Assembly (NCBI GenBank): GCA_040954595.2
Contig: CM082588.2
Coordinates: forward strand, 3,908,156 to 3,972,155
DNA: 64,000 nt
Direction of reading: 5' to 3'
Source: Balanoglossus misakiensis
Lineage: Eukaryota > Animalia > Hemichordata
Positions 34,801-47,600 of this stretch are shown one piece after another. The notes beneath the pieces were generated by a model, which was given only the letters and a program-made list of their open reading frames with translations, ran no database searches and was not told the origin of the DNA. Both the position numbers and the translations under genes were made by a program. The first letter of the stretch is position 1; each line of letters opens with the position of its first letter.

Positions 34801-37800
34801 TATGGATCGAATGTGACGTAACAATGTAAGGTGGACAAAACAAGAACCTGTCCAGTTAAAATATCTGAACAGTGCTTAGCGACATTATTTGCAGCGAACG
34901 CACTTTAAATTCTGCGTATACGAGATAGTTGTTCTCAAGTATTTTACACAGTGTCTTTATCGGCTCTTATCAAAAGAAGCATCGTCAGCTGGCGATATGC
35001 TTAAGTCTTTCCTGGTCTAGATAAGGGTCACCTTCACTCCGACGAATAGATTTTCACGCGATTTTCAAATCGCATCACATGAATACGCTTGCACAGTGCG
35101 AAATAAGACGACGCATGCATGGAAAATCTTGAATTGCTTATTCCCATGTCTCTTAGTTAAGTGATAAAAATAGAATCTGTGTCATCACTAAAAGTCCTAG
35201 TCAGCGATTCGTTTGTGAAGTTATAAAGACTACGTGAAATTTTGTGAAAGCGTTTCAGGCAGGAAAAAAATAATTCAGATTTAATTGAGATTTAATTAAT
35301 TGAAATCGAATATCACAATATTGCTTAGATTGCCGTTGATACAAGACGCACAATTTCTCACCAGAGAACCCCTCGTAGAATGTAAAATACTCTCTTCCTT
35401 GTTTAAATTCCATACGTAGTGCCTCTGCCATGTCAGACCTTAAACTTTAATGCGTTTTATCGGGTGATTTGTTCTGTTGGAAATGGGATTAATCTGTGTG
35501 TACTTGTAATCATAATATCCATGAGTGGTTTGTACTAAGGATTCTAACCTCTATTTCAAGGCACCCTTAGAGACCAGTACCGTACTTCTTTTGCAATCGG
35601 TTTCCTTGACAGCAGGGCGTGGTTTCAATTTTCAACGATAACAGTGCTGGCCATCATGCAGTGTGTTCATGCATCAAACGTGGATGTTTCCAATGCTTTA
35701 AGGAGAATAGACCAATAAACTGTGTTCGATTCACTGGAAAAAGTCGACGTCTGTGAATTCTCAAGAAGAATGTACAGCTGTGGCTCGTTTGGGGTGATTC
35801 TTGTCTTCATTGTAGTAAAGTACGAATCTGAATACAACGCTAGCCATATTCGTATAATATCCCTGATTTAGCAACGGTCAACTATCTTAGTGTTACGCAC
35901 TCACTGATATACGACAACGACGTGATCCTGACAGAACCGCATCCAATTAATAGTAGCGCATGCTTGACCGCGTCCAGGTGATGACGTTTTTCACCCCCGG
36001 GGTGGCACAAGCGGTGTGCTAAGATAGATGCCTGTGTCGATCAATTACTCCGCCGCGTGGTTGAAGCCCATCAAGAGATGTGCGCAGGTGTCGCTATCGC
36101 CCCGACAGATTCTCTAGATGTATCGTTTGCCTCGTCAAATAAAGATTTCCGTATTTCACGCGATGGAGTCTTCAGAGGCAAAGGCGATCCGGTCCATTAA
36201 GATCTATCCCCGGGAGAGATGTATACACGCCGGTAAACTTGGATGGCGAACGTCACCAGAATGGTCTAGCAAAAGTAATAGCCAACACGCAATACGTCGA
36301 GAGTGAAGGAAACAATCAAATTTTATGGAAGAAAGATGGGTTTTTGACAAGGGATTTACTGTGTTGGGTCTGAGAAAATCACATAACGCCACATCACAGC
36401 AGATCACATATCATGCCGTATTATATGTCTTTGCCAGGAATTATTGATTTATAACTCTCCGGCAAATTGGTTTGGCTAACGATTGGCGGGGAGGGTGCGT
36501 GCCAATGAAATGAGTGTATCCACATTTGCCTTAGAATTAGAACAGTCAGTTCACTCGCCTTCAATCGTAAATTATGTGTCATCAGATAAACCCTATAATC
36601 AGCCAGTTACGGAGTCTATTAATTTAAACAACGATAAACAGATTACGGGGTCGATCGGGTTGATGGCGTTGCAGCGAGCAATTACCTTTGATTGATGTGA
36701 TTGCATTGCGTGATGTGAACAAGCGTTGTTTAGTGTGTGACGATCTGGAAATCAATTTGTTAGACGTCCGCACGGTTTTGCTCATTCAACAGTGGAAACC
36801 GCATATACTGTATATAACATACATACATGCACACATACATATCTTTTCAGAACGATTTAGGGCAACGGATTGGTATGACTGTTAACGTTGATATTATTCG
36901 AACAAGCTCGATTGCCACTGTATTTTCTCACAAAGACAGTTTGATAAACGCACAGGTGTACATGCATTTTTCGTGTCACTGAAATGCAAGGTCAGTCCTG
37001 TCCGTCAATGACCTCGCACTGTGAAGTCTCATTCTCCAAGGACGTATTCTGTGGCACGCAAGGAAATGAGCTTAGGTGAAGGGCGTGTGTTACAGGGACA
37101 TTCAGATTGACCATGACAATATTAAAATTATAGCTTGACGTATTGAAGATTTATACATTGTAGTGCTTTAAAATTGGCTGAGGATTATTTTAACCATAAA
37201 TATGCCATTTGCATGCGGACATGCTATTTTGAACAACATCTGGAGGAAACGAGAGATTCTTAGACTTTTTTTACAGCTTTGGTAAGTAAACTATAAGCTT
37301 ACCATGTTCAGCACTTGAGTGACGTGAACTCCCAGCGAAAAATGAACAGTGTCACTGTAGTTGACTGCTGGTCTGGAGAGTCGGTTGTACCGTCCCTCGG
37401 CGAATAGATCGGCAAGAAGGCGATCCTCGGCCGGTTTCATCTGTTCAAACTGTGCCATGCACGAACCTGGTGAGAGAAACAAGAGACAGACACCAGAAAG
37501 TATCCTCCTGAGTCACACACTTCATTTCATTGTTTCGAAATTAATTTTCTTGTGGACAACTCGGCTTCATTTCAATATTACTGGCATCTTTGATATTGCG
37601 TTGTGGCCAATAATCTAAATTCGCTTTCCAGCATGCTAATCAGTCATAATTTTTACATGCGGCACAGGATTTTCAAAGACCTTATGAGATTCGTGTATAT
37701 AGGGCGTTGTAGTTTTCCATGATACTCCCCAGGTACGTTGATCAGAGCACCGCCGAACACGGATATCAGATATCAATGACTGAAATTGACTACTAATCTA

Positions 37801-39658
37801 ATGAACTTGACCTCTGATAAGACAAAACTACTCCCATCGGTTCCACTTCACCTAATTTCTGAAATCTGAAATCTTATCCAATTTTCATCACATCTTTTGC
37901 CGAGAGGGTTGCTGAACACATTTTACTGATTCAGAGTTCAGTTTAAATTGGGGACGAGAAGTAAATCATCCAAACAGGAAGCAGGAAAACAACAAAATTG
38001 ACTACAAAGAACGACGCTGACAACCTTCTTTTGATGTTACAGCTTGGGAGCTATTTTCCTAGCCAGGGGTAATAATACCATTACCACCACCCATGCATAT
38101 CACAATATCATGGCGAGCTGACTGTCACAAGATGCCGCGATCCTGATCGATTCTGAAGGAAAGCCACGTAGCGTGATAATGTCTCAGTGACGGAGTCTTC
38201 CATGATATGATATGCTTGCTACTGTACATGTGCAAGGAGGTGGTGTTAAATTCGAGCGTGTTGAATAACCTCACCGGGTGCAAGCTATGTATGGCCGCCA
38301 TTATATGTATTTTCGCCGTACAGAAGGGTGCCCGGGGGTTGCGTGCTTGCCGAGTGAATCAAATGCACTAGGCTTGTAGTTACAAATTTGCGTTTACCAA
38401 ACGTTTAGGACCCCGAGGTTAGCACATGCCAAGACTGATAGTTTACAGAGAGAGCTCGAGTGAAATTGGATGATACGTGTGTATCTCCTGCAAGAAAAAA
38501 ATACATAAAGGTGCGCTACTGGGAGCTTTGATCAGTCTGCTACAGAGCACATCTCCCGGCTTGGGAACTTAGGGCGGCTTACCTATTCACATGCCCGGGT
38601 GAACTTCGAGGATTAATAATTCATCCGATCTTGACCCCTACACTTCACTTCGTCGACATAAATCTATCAAGTCAAATTCTTTTGCTAAATCGTTCATCGG
38701 AATGAACCCATCAAGTCAAGTTCATTGTACAAAACCATTGGAGGCAATAGACAGGGGTCAATCAAACCTCAAAAACAAGTGCTTCATTAACTAACTCCTC
38801 GACTGTATCATTCAAATTCTCTGGTTTCAAATCTGAATGCAGAAACCACACTTGAGATCACCTTCTTAACTTTCAACAATCGTGCCTGTGGATGATACAT
38901 TTTCTTCCGGCATCCAGAATATTAACTCAGCTTCATAACAGAAGAGAAGGCGGTGATGACACACAAACAACCCACTCCTTATGCGATGTTTTTATTTTTT
39001 TTTAAATAGCTGTAGTAACCATTGCCACTGCGATAAATCTTAGAAACGAGAGTCCACAAATTCGCAAAGTGTGATTAACGTTCCTGGAGATTCCTGTAAA
39101 TTAACGCGCATTTCACGGGTTTCGAACTCCAACGGACTTCACCAACTGATGAATTAAAGTCCACCCATGCAGTCGCATCCCACCTCCTCCAATTTATTCT
39201 CATCTTTTTTTCTAAAGTCGACAATTTATTCTCCGTGATTTCGTTTTGATAGGTGACAGTAAATGCATTTTGCACATTTTGCTCTTAGCAGAGGAGACAG
39301 GTCAAAAGGGGTTTTTAGCAACCCGAGGCGAGAGAGCCTGTATATGTGTTCGAGGTACGCGCATCAATCTTTCCGTTTCATTGCGTCATAACAGAGGAAG
39401 TGTTATAGATGAATTTTAATGGTGAAGATGAACAGTCCAATACGCATCACATATCAGGCGAATTAAGTGGCTATGATTTGTGTGTAAATGACTGACAAGT
39501 CAAAATTGACGCATTTTTGAGTTGTACATCTCCGTATTCGTCGAAATGACGTCATTTCCCCGGACAAGATAAACCGGTATAGTAGAAGCACACTTACCTG
39601 AGAAGATAAGCACTGCTTTGTAAAAACAGTACAATTGACACATGTTTTTAGTTTCCAT
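31882..39658 (-). CDS. Nicotinic acetylcholine receptor alpha-type (Cys-loop cation channel) subunit with divergent ligand site; 6 coding exons, 499 aa
   Basis: Exons: 39658-39598 (METKNMCQLYCFYKAVLIFS/G), 37466-37303 (AEDRLLADLF..YNRLSRP), 34468-34424 (45 bp, DEKNQIMTTSVRIEQ), 33813-33704 (110 bp, TWNDFRLSWSPQHYGG..WYPKLSLEN), 33604-32665 (Cys-loop CRIDVRYFPFDEQKC, CC, TM1-3, GEK) and 32061-31882 (EEWRYVAVVIDR, TM4, TAG). All introns are GT-AG and the exons total 1500 nt in frame. The 45- and 110-bp exons are canonical for nAChR genes. Confidence 0.93.
34275..34342. repeat. Compound tetranucleotide microsatellite (GGAC/GGCA/GACA)n in an nAChR intron
   Basis: ggacggacagacggatggacgggctggcaggcaggcaggcaggctgacagacagacagacagacagac. 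Confidence 0.85.
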
Positions 39659-41259
39659 GGCTTTCGGTCGGGAATTACGCCGACAACTTTCGTATGCGCG
39701 ACTCTTTCAGTTCGCCAGATTGAGCGCGGATAAATTCTGAATCCACTCGCCGTCAGGAAATTTCTCTTGGAACGGTCCGGTGGGCACAGGGCATCGTCTA
39801 GAGTCTCGGCTTTGAACAAACAGTTGCCATCGGTGAGAGAAAATTGACGGCAGTCAAACGGCTTCAGTTGATCTGCAAGTTGTATATGTATACAATTTCC
39901 AAGAGTTCTCCAACCGCGCCAACGTTGAATTAGTAAGAGCAATATGCGTGACTCGAATTCTTATCAAGGTATATACACGGAGGGAGGCAGAAATGTTCCA
40001 CTGTGTCGTAAACGTGTACTGATTTCCATATAGGGTATCGATTTTCTTCTTTAATATCCCGTCATAGCGGCACTTCTGTAAATCATTCCAAAACACCGCG
40101 GCGAGAGGTCATCTGGGAACTCCTGTATTCTCCGACAAACGGTAGTTTAACACTCGTAACACTGTTACCTGCCAGGGGGTAGGGGAAGAAAAAAACGGGC
40201 GTTGTTTCCGCGTCAACACTTGGTTTAGGCCTAATACTCACAGCAGTGTCACAAGTCGACGTTTACACCTCTAGGGGCCCGGAATAAAAAGAGACATCAA
40301 AACCCACGTCACTAGAAGCGCATATATGTTCCAAGACACAGCTGCAGCGCCTATGAAAAGAAATCTTCCGTATGTACTCTATAGAGGAGTAATTAATAAC
40401 ACAGCGCTGGGTCGTGCATCAGTATCGTCGACAGGAATCTATATAAAGCGGTTGGGTATGTCCCATCGGTTTTGGATGTTCTGGCAGTCGTATGTTACAC
40501 GCCAGTGAATTACAGCCGCAGGCAATGTAGAAAGAAGTTGACGGCGATACGGATAGTGTACGCGTCCGTACGTGCGCACTTTTTGCTTTAAAGGCAAAAC
40601 GCACACGCGTATCGATGGATTAATCGTATAGCTGAATGGCACCTGACTGAAAATCGAGTGATTGAAATTATCGTCTCCGTTGCCCAATCGCCCTTACCAG
40701 ATTTCTTGTTTGCAACACCGCAAGATTCCACAAATTACATTACGCGATGCGCGATTGCCCCTGGTGCATTGGCGTTGTATTGGGTGTGATTACTGCGATG
40801 AAATTTTCTCCATGCGGGAGAGATGAATGTACCTGTGGGAACGATGAGGTAAAACTCCATCCGTATCTGGTTATCGCTGATCAGTACGATCACGGTCGCT
40901 TCATACGTGTACTGAACTCTAGATCTTAACAAATGTAAAACCTGCTTGCCTTGGTTGTGTCTCGATATATTTATGCGCCCTCTAACGATTTGCTCGCTTC
41001 GGATTCGGCCAAAAGTTTTTCCCTTTAAACTTAGTTATACAATACTAAATTTCAAAATATTGGGGAAATCGTACGTGTAAGCTTCGAAAGTTTGCCTCTA
41101 TGATTGTCACACAGATATACTTGTAAACCAACGGAAATAGGCAAACTATATAAAAATATATCTGATTTTATCCAAGTGATTTCTTCTCTTCCGGAGGTCT
41201 GATAAAATTCAGCTAAAACACTGATTGGATAATCTGTTTTGTGATAAAGTGTATGGCCA

Positions 41260-41683
41260 GGGTCAGTTCAGGTCGCTTCGTTGTCATGACCTTATGAGGG
41301 CGCCGCGGTGTTAATTTCTGCGACTGGTAACCGGAAGCAGACGGTTTAATTGGACGCGACCATTAAGGCGACTGGGTAAGTTTCACATGGAAATATGCAC
41401 TTTCTCTTATACGGGACGTCGGTCTCAAATTCTTTCCATACTTGAGATATCGACAGCATATTCAATACAGGCATGAGAACAGTAGCAACATGTTCCCAAT
41501 TCTGTGAATTTGTAGATACGACTGACGGTGTCTTATTTCTGTCCCTCAATATAGCTTCCTGATTTCAGTAGTTGGCAAAATATTGTACTACCCCAGTCAC
41601 AAAACTGTGAAGCTCGAAGTACGCGTACTGTAGTTTGTTATCAGGAAGAACTGATGAATACCGGATTATCTTCAATGTTTTAG
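41260..41683 (+). promoter_or_regulatory. Putative KCC promoter, non-coding first exon and 5'UTR intron (41376-41683)
   Basis: CpG-rich patch with an ETS-like CCGGAAG at 41331, a GG|GTAAGT donor at 41376 and a TTTTAG acceptor at 41683, 11 nt before the ATG. Confidence 0.5.
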
Positions 41684-41694
41684 ATAGCAGTACA

Positions 41695-44600
41695 ATGTCT
41701 ACAACCCGATTTCAAGTGTCCAAGGCAAACGAGGATTCACTTGCGAAGAAAGATGAGCCGTCCGAGACCGATGTTTTGAAACCGCCAGCGAACGATGGCG
41801 AAGCGCGAGGAGAGGACGACGACCCTGATGGGGGTCCGGGACCTGAAGCACCACTTGTTGAAATGGGTGCCGAAGACGAAGAACCTTCTAGTAATATTCA
41901 AACAGGTATGTAATTGAGAATTAAAAATATATATATCTGATTTCATCCGAGTGATTTCAGTGCTTCACACACAGGGCGGAGCTTCAGTTGTTGCGAATGT
42001 TCTCGTGACCTTCGGCGACCTTGTCAGTGTCAACATTTGGGCCCGGAGGTTGTCATATTTCATGAATGTCACTTGTTCGTTTCTGTTGATTGTCGAGTGT
42101 ACTAAAAGTCCCAGTAAATTCGCGATTCAAATTCGGCTAGCGAATTAAGATTTGCACCCATCCAAGACCGTGGGAAGAGGAATCGGATACAACTTTCTCC
42201 GAATTTTACCTTTCTTAGATTCGCTGGGGATCAACTGAACTCCAGACTAAAGTTTATTGATATAAAACGTCGACTGCACAATAATATCGGAGGTGGATCG
42301 TCTGATTTTCGGTGTTTACATCAAGGCAGAGTCATAAAGAATGAAACGTTATACGCGTTTGCGCGTAGATCTGTCCTCAAAAGCCCTTTGTTTTTCTTTT
42401 GTTTGTCTTTCTTTTGTTTCTTTTGTTTGTTTCTCTTTTGTTTACAAGTCATTTGTATATAACTGTAACAGTCATTTGTTTATAACGGTAAAATGCCTAC
42501 ATCCACAATATGGGCGTTTAAAGTCTAAATATTGAAAATATAACGTGGCTATCTGTTTACATTCATTACAGTCACAGTGTAGAAAACCAGGCCATGGGCA
42601 AAGCTAAATAAAGCAAGAATGGTTCAATTTTCATAACCTAGTGAAGCCAAAACAATGTTTTTTCTGTTTATTTTACAGGAGCAAATGATATACCATTGGT
42701 AGTTGTAAATGATGGAGAGGTCAAAGTTCATTTGGATGATCAACCAGCTGCAGGACCATCTCAAAGTCAGGATGTTCACCAATCAGACACACACAAGAAT
42801 TTACTTCTATATGAGGTAAGAAAAAATAAGATATTTTCTACTATCGTCAGATGTATTAATGCCTGAACTTTATAAACTATTTCTGACACATGAAAAACTA
42901 TTCCCTCATTAGGCACAGAAAAGTATGTTTTGGTTTGATTCTTGTGAAGAATGTCTCTGGTATAGCACCTCTGACTCTACCGTTCTTTCTTCTTCTATCA
43001 TTCAGGATGACATGAAACACATGCAACCTCTGTCAACATTTCTCAGAGCTTTCAGAGTTCCAGGTACAGAAGAGACATTAGGAGATGACAAAGGCCCAAA
43101 GGTTAGTCAGTGACAATGTGCTATATGGGGTACGCTCATCTCCCTGGTAATTGCTTTCAATCGCATGAATCTGCCATAAACTGAGTGTATTGCCTCAAAA
43201 TTTTCACATTTCACTGAAGTAAAAACAAGCTTTAAAGTTTTGCTTGCTGCCTATGCTGCTTGTCAAAAAACCTTGTTAGGAACAATATTGTTAATTATGT
43301 AATTCTTGATTTACTATATTATGTCCTGGTTGCTAAGGGGATACCGATTACATCTGTGGTTCATATGTCTTAAATTTTTATTTTAATTCTTTACTTTCAG
43401 AAAGCCAAGCTTGGAACAGTCCTTGGCGTTTATCTGCCGACTATACAACATATCTTTGGAGTTTTGATGTTTTTACGTTTATTCTGGATCGTAGGAACAG
43501 CAGGTGTTGTCCAGTCGTTTTTATTAGTTGCAGTTTGCTGCCTTACGGTGAGTACATTTAATCTGTGTGTCCCTCGCGAAGTTTTAGCTCTTAGTGAACT
43601 CTCATCTTACCAAACAAGTAATCTATCACCACCATTTGCCATTTATACCTGGGGTGGATGACAACTGCAGATTTCTTAGATCACTACAAAGTTGAGTGGG
43701 TGTATATTACACGGTGTGGACCTCAACATTCTGCCCTGTATAAAATGGATCTGAAATTCTGTTTGCTTAATCACAGTAATGTCAAGTAGATGGGATTATG
43801 TGTTATTTTATTTATATCTTTTTATTTTGTGCAAATGATAGCCAATAATTTATGAAATATACAACACTTACAAAAAAGCCAAGAAAATATATTGTGTTGG
43901 GATCAGGAATGTGGTGGAAAAATCAGTAGGATGCTTTCAATCATCCTTATATTAATAGCATTAATGAGAGTGCTGATGATCGACTCCCACAGATGATTCT
44001 ATGTGTCCCGGTATTATTTAAAATCATTGGGGTGAAAACGATGGCATGTTATTACAATCATTAAAATGGCCCCAGCTCAGTCGGCTGTGACAAAGTGATT
44101 TATTCTCCCCATTGGTGCTTTGCAAAGCCTGCAAGGAGTGAGCGGATTGTAGATAATTGAATTTAGATTTATATCTCATCGGTGTAAGATGCAAGATAAG
44201 ACTGTCGAGAGAAATGGATCACCTGTTATGGCGTATGCAGTAATTCAATCTTTTTCTGCATGGCGAAATACACAGGGCAATGACGTATTTGCTGGTTTCC
44301 TTTCTTTCCAGACATTTCTGACCTCCATATCCATGAGTGCTATAGCAACAAATGGAGTTGTTGAAAGTAAGTGATATATTCTCTGTAAGATAAAGCTGTT
44401 AGCACACTTCTCTTTTCGCATGGCCACCCAATAAATGTCTGTGATAGCGGTTAGATCGCTCTTTCCATTTTAACTGTGGCTAAATTTGCTTATGTAACTG
44501 TATACCTGTAATGTCTGTAATGTATATTGCTTGATTGTCCCCAGTATTGATTGGTAACAGTGATCGTATTGGATGCATCCACTGAATGGTTGCATGATGC

Positions 44601-47600
44601 AAATTCTTAAGAATAATGAAAATAACAAACAGACTATGCAAGCAGCAAAATTGCTTTATCATGTATGTTTAGCTTATGGAGATGTGTTCAGATGTGCACA
44701 TTGAGTATATACATAGTGTGTTACTTTCATCTCCCTGGCAGAAATAATATACTGTACCACTACCAGTGGTAGATGAAGATAAATCTTTGGTAAAGAAACA
44801 CTGTGTCTGTTTAGTTCTAATGGTTTTATTCCACCAAGCATGGCAACAGTTGGCATCCACTTCAGGGACAGTTAATCCTGCTTAAGTGGGACAGTGCTTT
44901 GTAATAAGTAGGCCAACATATAAAATAAAATGGAACCCAGGACATTGACATTTTGTATTCATGTCAGGCAGTACCTTGCAAAAAAGAGGTACCTGGTATG
45001 ATTATTCCTTTCACTGTCTGCCTTAACAGCCTTAACTTTATTGATTTCAAATCAATAATGCTTTGAAACCGCGGACTTACTTCACAGCTGGCAAACATAA
45101 GCCCCCTTAAACTTTGAATATTGATTTGCTTGGGTGTGTGAAAGAAGACTAAGAGTTGTTTGCTTTTAACTTTAAACTAAAATACAGAATTGAATGTTTT
45201 TAATGCATGAACACTGAAAGTATATAGGACATCTAATTCACACAATTAGCAATTGTATGATCTGTCACTGTATCATTGTGAACAAGTTTGCAGCAAGCAA
45301 TAAATGTTTATTGATTCCTGGGCCATCAACCTTTTATCAGGGATTAGGTAATCTGCCATCAAAAACAACTGTAAAAAACTGAACAAAATGTCAGTAAGAT
45401 AGTCGACATGTCAATGCATAACTCCATGTAACTTAACCTACTGATATTATATGTACCGGTACATGGATTAGGGCTGATGAATCATTTTTTGTGCATGTTA
45501 TGCTTAGTATGTTCATCTGAAGAAATATGTCTGGTAGTTGTACATGTACAGTATAGAAATATTAGCAAGAAACCCATTGAGTCCTAATACTTCTAGGTTA
45601 CAGTCAGTGCTTGCAGTATCAGTTCCAATGATACTTGAAATGTGATGCCTAGTATGCTTGGCATGCTACAGGCATTGCATGACATGTCTCTTATCAAGTT
45701 ACAATATCTCACCATGATAATGTCAGACCTAATTCAGGTCCAAGTAAATGTAGGTCATTAACATACATCATACATGTATGATGCTTTTGACCTATGTAGC
45801 TTCACTTGTACGTGAAGAACTGAATACACTAAAACATGATATATACAAACCAATCTAGACTTGAATGATGTGCTTTACTTGAAAACAAGATAACAAACAC
45901 CTTCTATTAAGAAATGACCTCTGCTGCTCTTACAGGTGGTGGGTCATACTTCATGATATCTCGTAACCTCGGACCAGAGTTTGGAGGTGCCGTTGGGATT
46001 CTCTTTTACCTCGCCAATACTTTTGCCACTTCCATGTACCTCATAGGTGCAGTTGAAATTTTGTTGGTAAGTTTTCGTTGTTACTGATTTCATGGTAATA
46101 TAAAACCTGACTATTCTGTAGCTGTTAAGTTATTGGCATTTGTGGTTGAACATGATCTGAAGAATTCAAAACTTAAAGAACAGCTCTGGTATATCGCTGT
46201 ATTTTTTCTTTGTATGTTTTGATGTACCAGTTGATCAGTGGTTAATATCATCACTAAACCCCAACCTGTTTCCCTACTTTACAGACGTACATAGCTCCAC
46301 AGTTAGCCATAGGAGATGTCTCCCATAATGAACACAATTTAATCAATAATTATCGTCTGTATGGCACTGTACTGTTGCTGATCGTGGCTTTGATCACGGC
46401 CGTCGGCGTCAAGTTTGTGCAGATGTTTGCACCGGTGTCATTGGCCTGTGTCATTATATCAATTATTGCCATCTTTGTTGGAGGCTTTGTTGCATCCGAG
46501 TCTCGCAGTCCAAGGTGAGTTACTACCCTGGAAATAATGCTGTCAGTTTCAGTATTATATTTAGTATTGTCTGGTTTGATGCACTTGAGAACTGATATTT
46601 CTAGTTATCATATTGCCCTCTACTTTCTAAGCATGTAATGCGTATGCTGCATGTGCATACTTGTTACACTGCCATCGTTTCTGATTTTTTCTCAAAATAG
46701 CTTTCAACAGACCATCTGTCAAAATGTGATACATGGATAATGGATCAGTGTCTGTTGTGCATGAGCAGCTGGCAGAGAGATATGATCATACTACTAGTGA
46801 CTGTAGCAAGCATATTGCTTGAATGTGTATAATCTAGCAGATAATTTGGAGATACCAAGTGTAATGACTTCTGTTGTATTTACCACAGCTTCTTTTAAGA
46901 TTGAATTACTGTGTTTATTTTGAAGAAAAAAATAGTTTCGTTTAGAAATATAACATTTTGCAGTTTACTGTAAAATAATTATCACTGTAGTTTTATCAAC
47001 AGCCATGTTGAAATCAATCTTCTAGATCTGTTCTTGACAACCTGGATTTCACTGGATATGGTGGTTTATCCCTGTTCTTTTCCTTCAGTATCTGTTTACT
47101 AGGTGACAGACTCCTAACCCAGGACTCCATCATGCAGGATGGTGCTGCGTGGTGTACAGATAATGAGACGGGACCCATCTATCACATGTACTGCAACAGT
47201 GAAGACAATGACACTGAAGCGTGTAATTATTTCCTGGAAAATGAAGTCAGGCGTATTCCGGGAATTCCTGGCATGTCAAGTGGTGTCATAGTCGGTGAGT
47301 GCAGATCAGATTTATTTTCTTTACACTGGTGTTCTTGATTTTTATAGAAAGAGAAGTAAGAACAAAAGGAAGTTTTTACGAGCAGAAGAGTTACCTGTGG
47401 AAAATTTGACCAATTTAAAAAGTTTGACTTTTCTTTTATATACAGATAATGCACACAGCTTTTACCTGAAGGAAGACGACAACACACAAGGTGTCCATGG
47501 CAGTAAAGAGAGGGGCGAAGTCATCCAGGATCTAACCAGTACATTCTTTGTTCTCATGGCAATCTATTTCCCATCAGTGACAGGTGAGAATTGCATGACT

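Noticed and set aside
39659-41330. Functional coupling of the Cys-loop channel and the KCC through divergent transcription
   Set aside because: The starts are about 1.7 kb apart and the channel has a cation-type GEK filter rather than the PAR anion motif, so a chloride-homeostasis link has no support.
45472-45520. C/D-box-like CTGATGA...CTGA in a KCC intron
   Set aside because: Too short (about 47 nt) and lacks a terminal stem.
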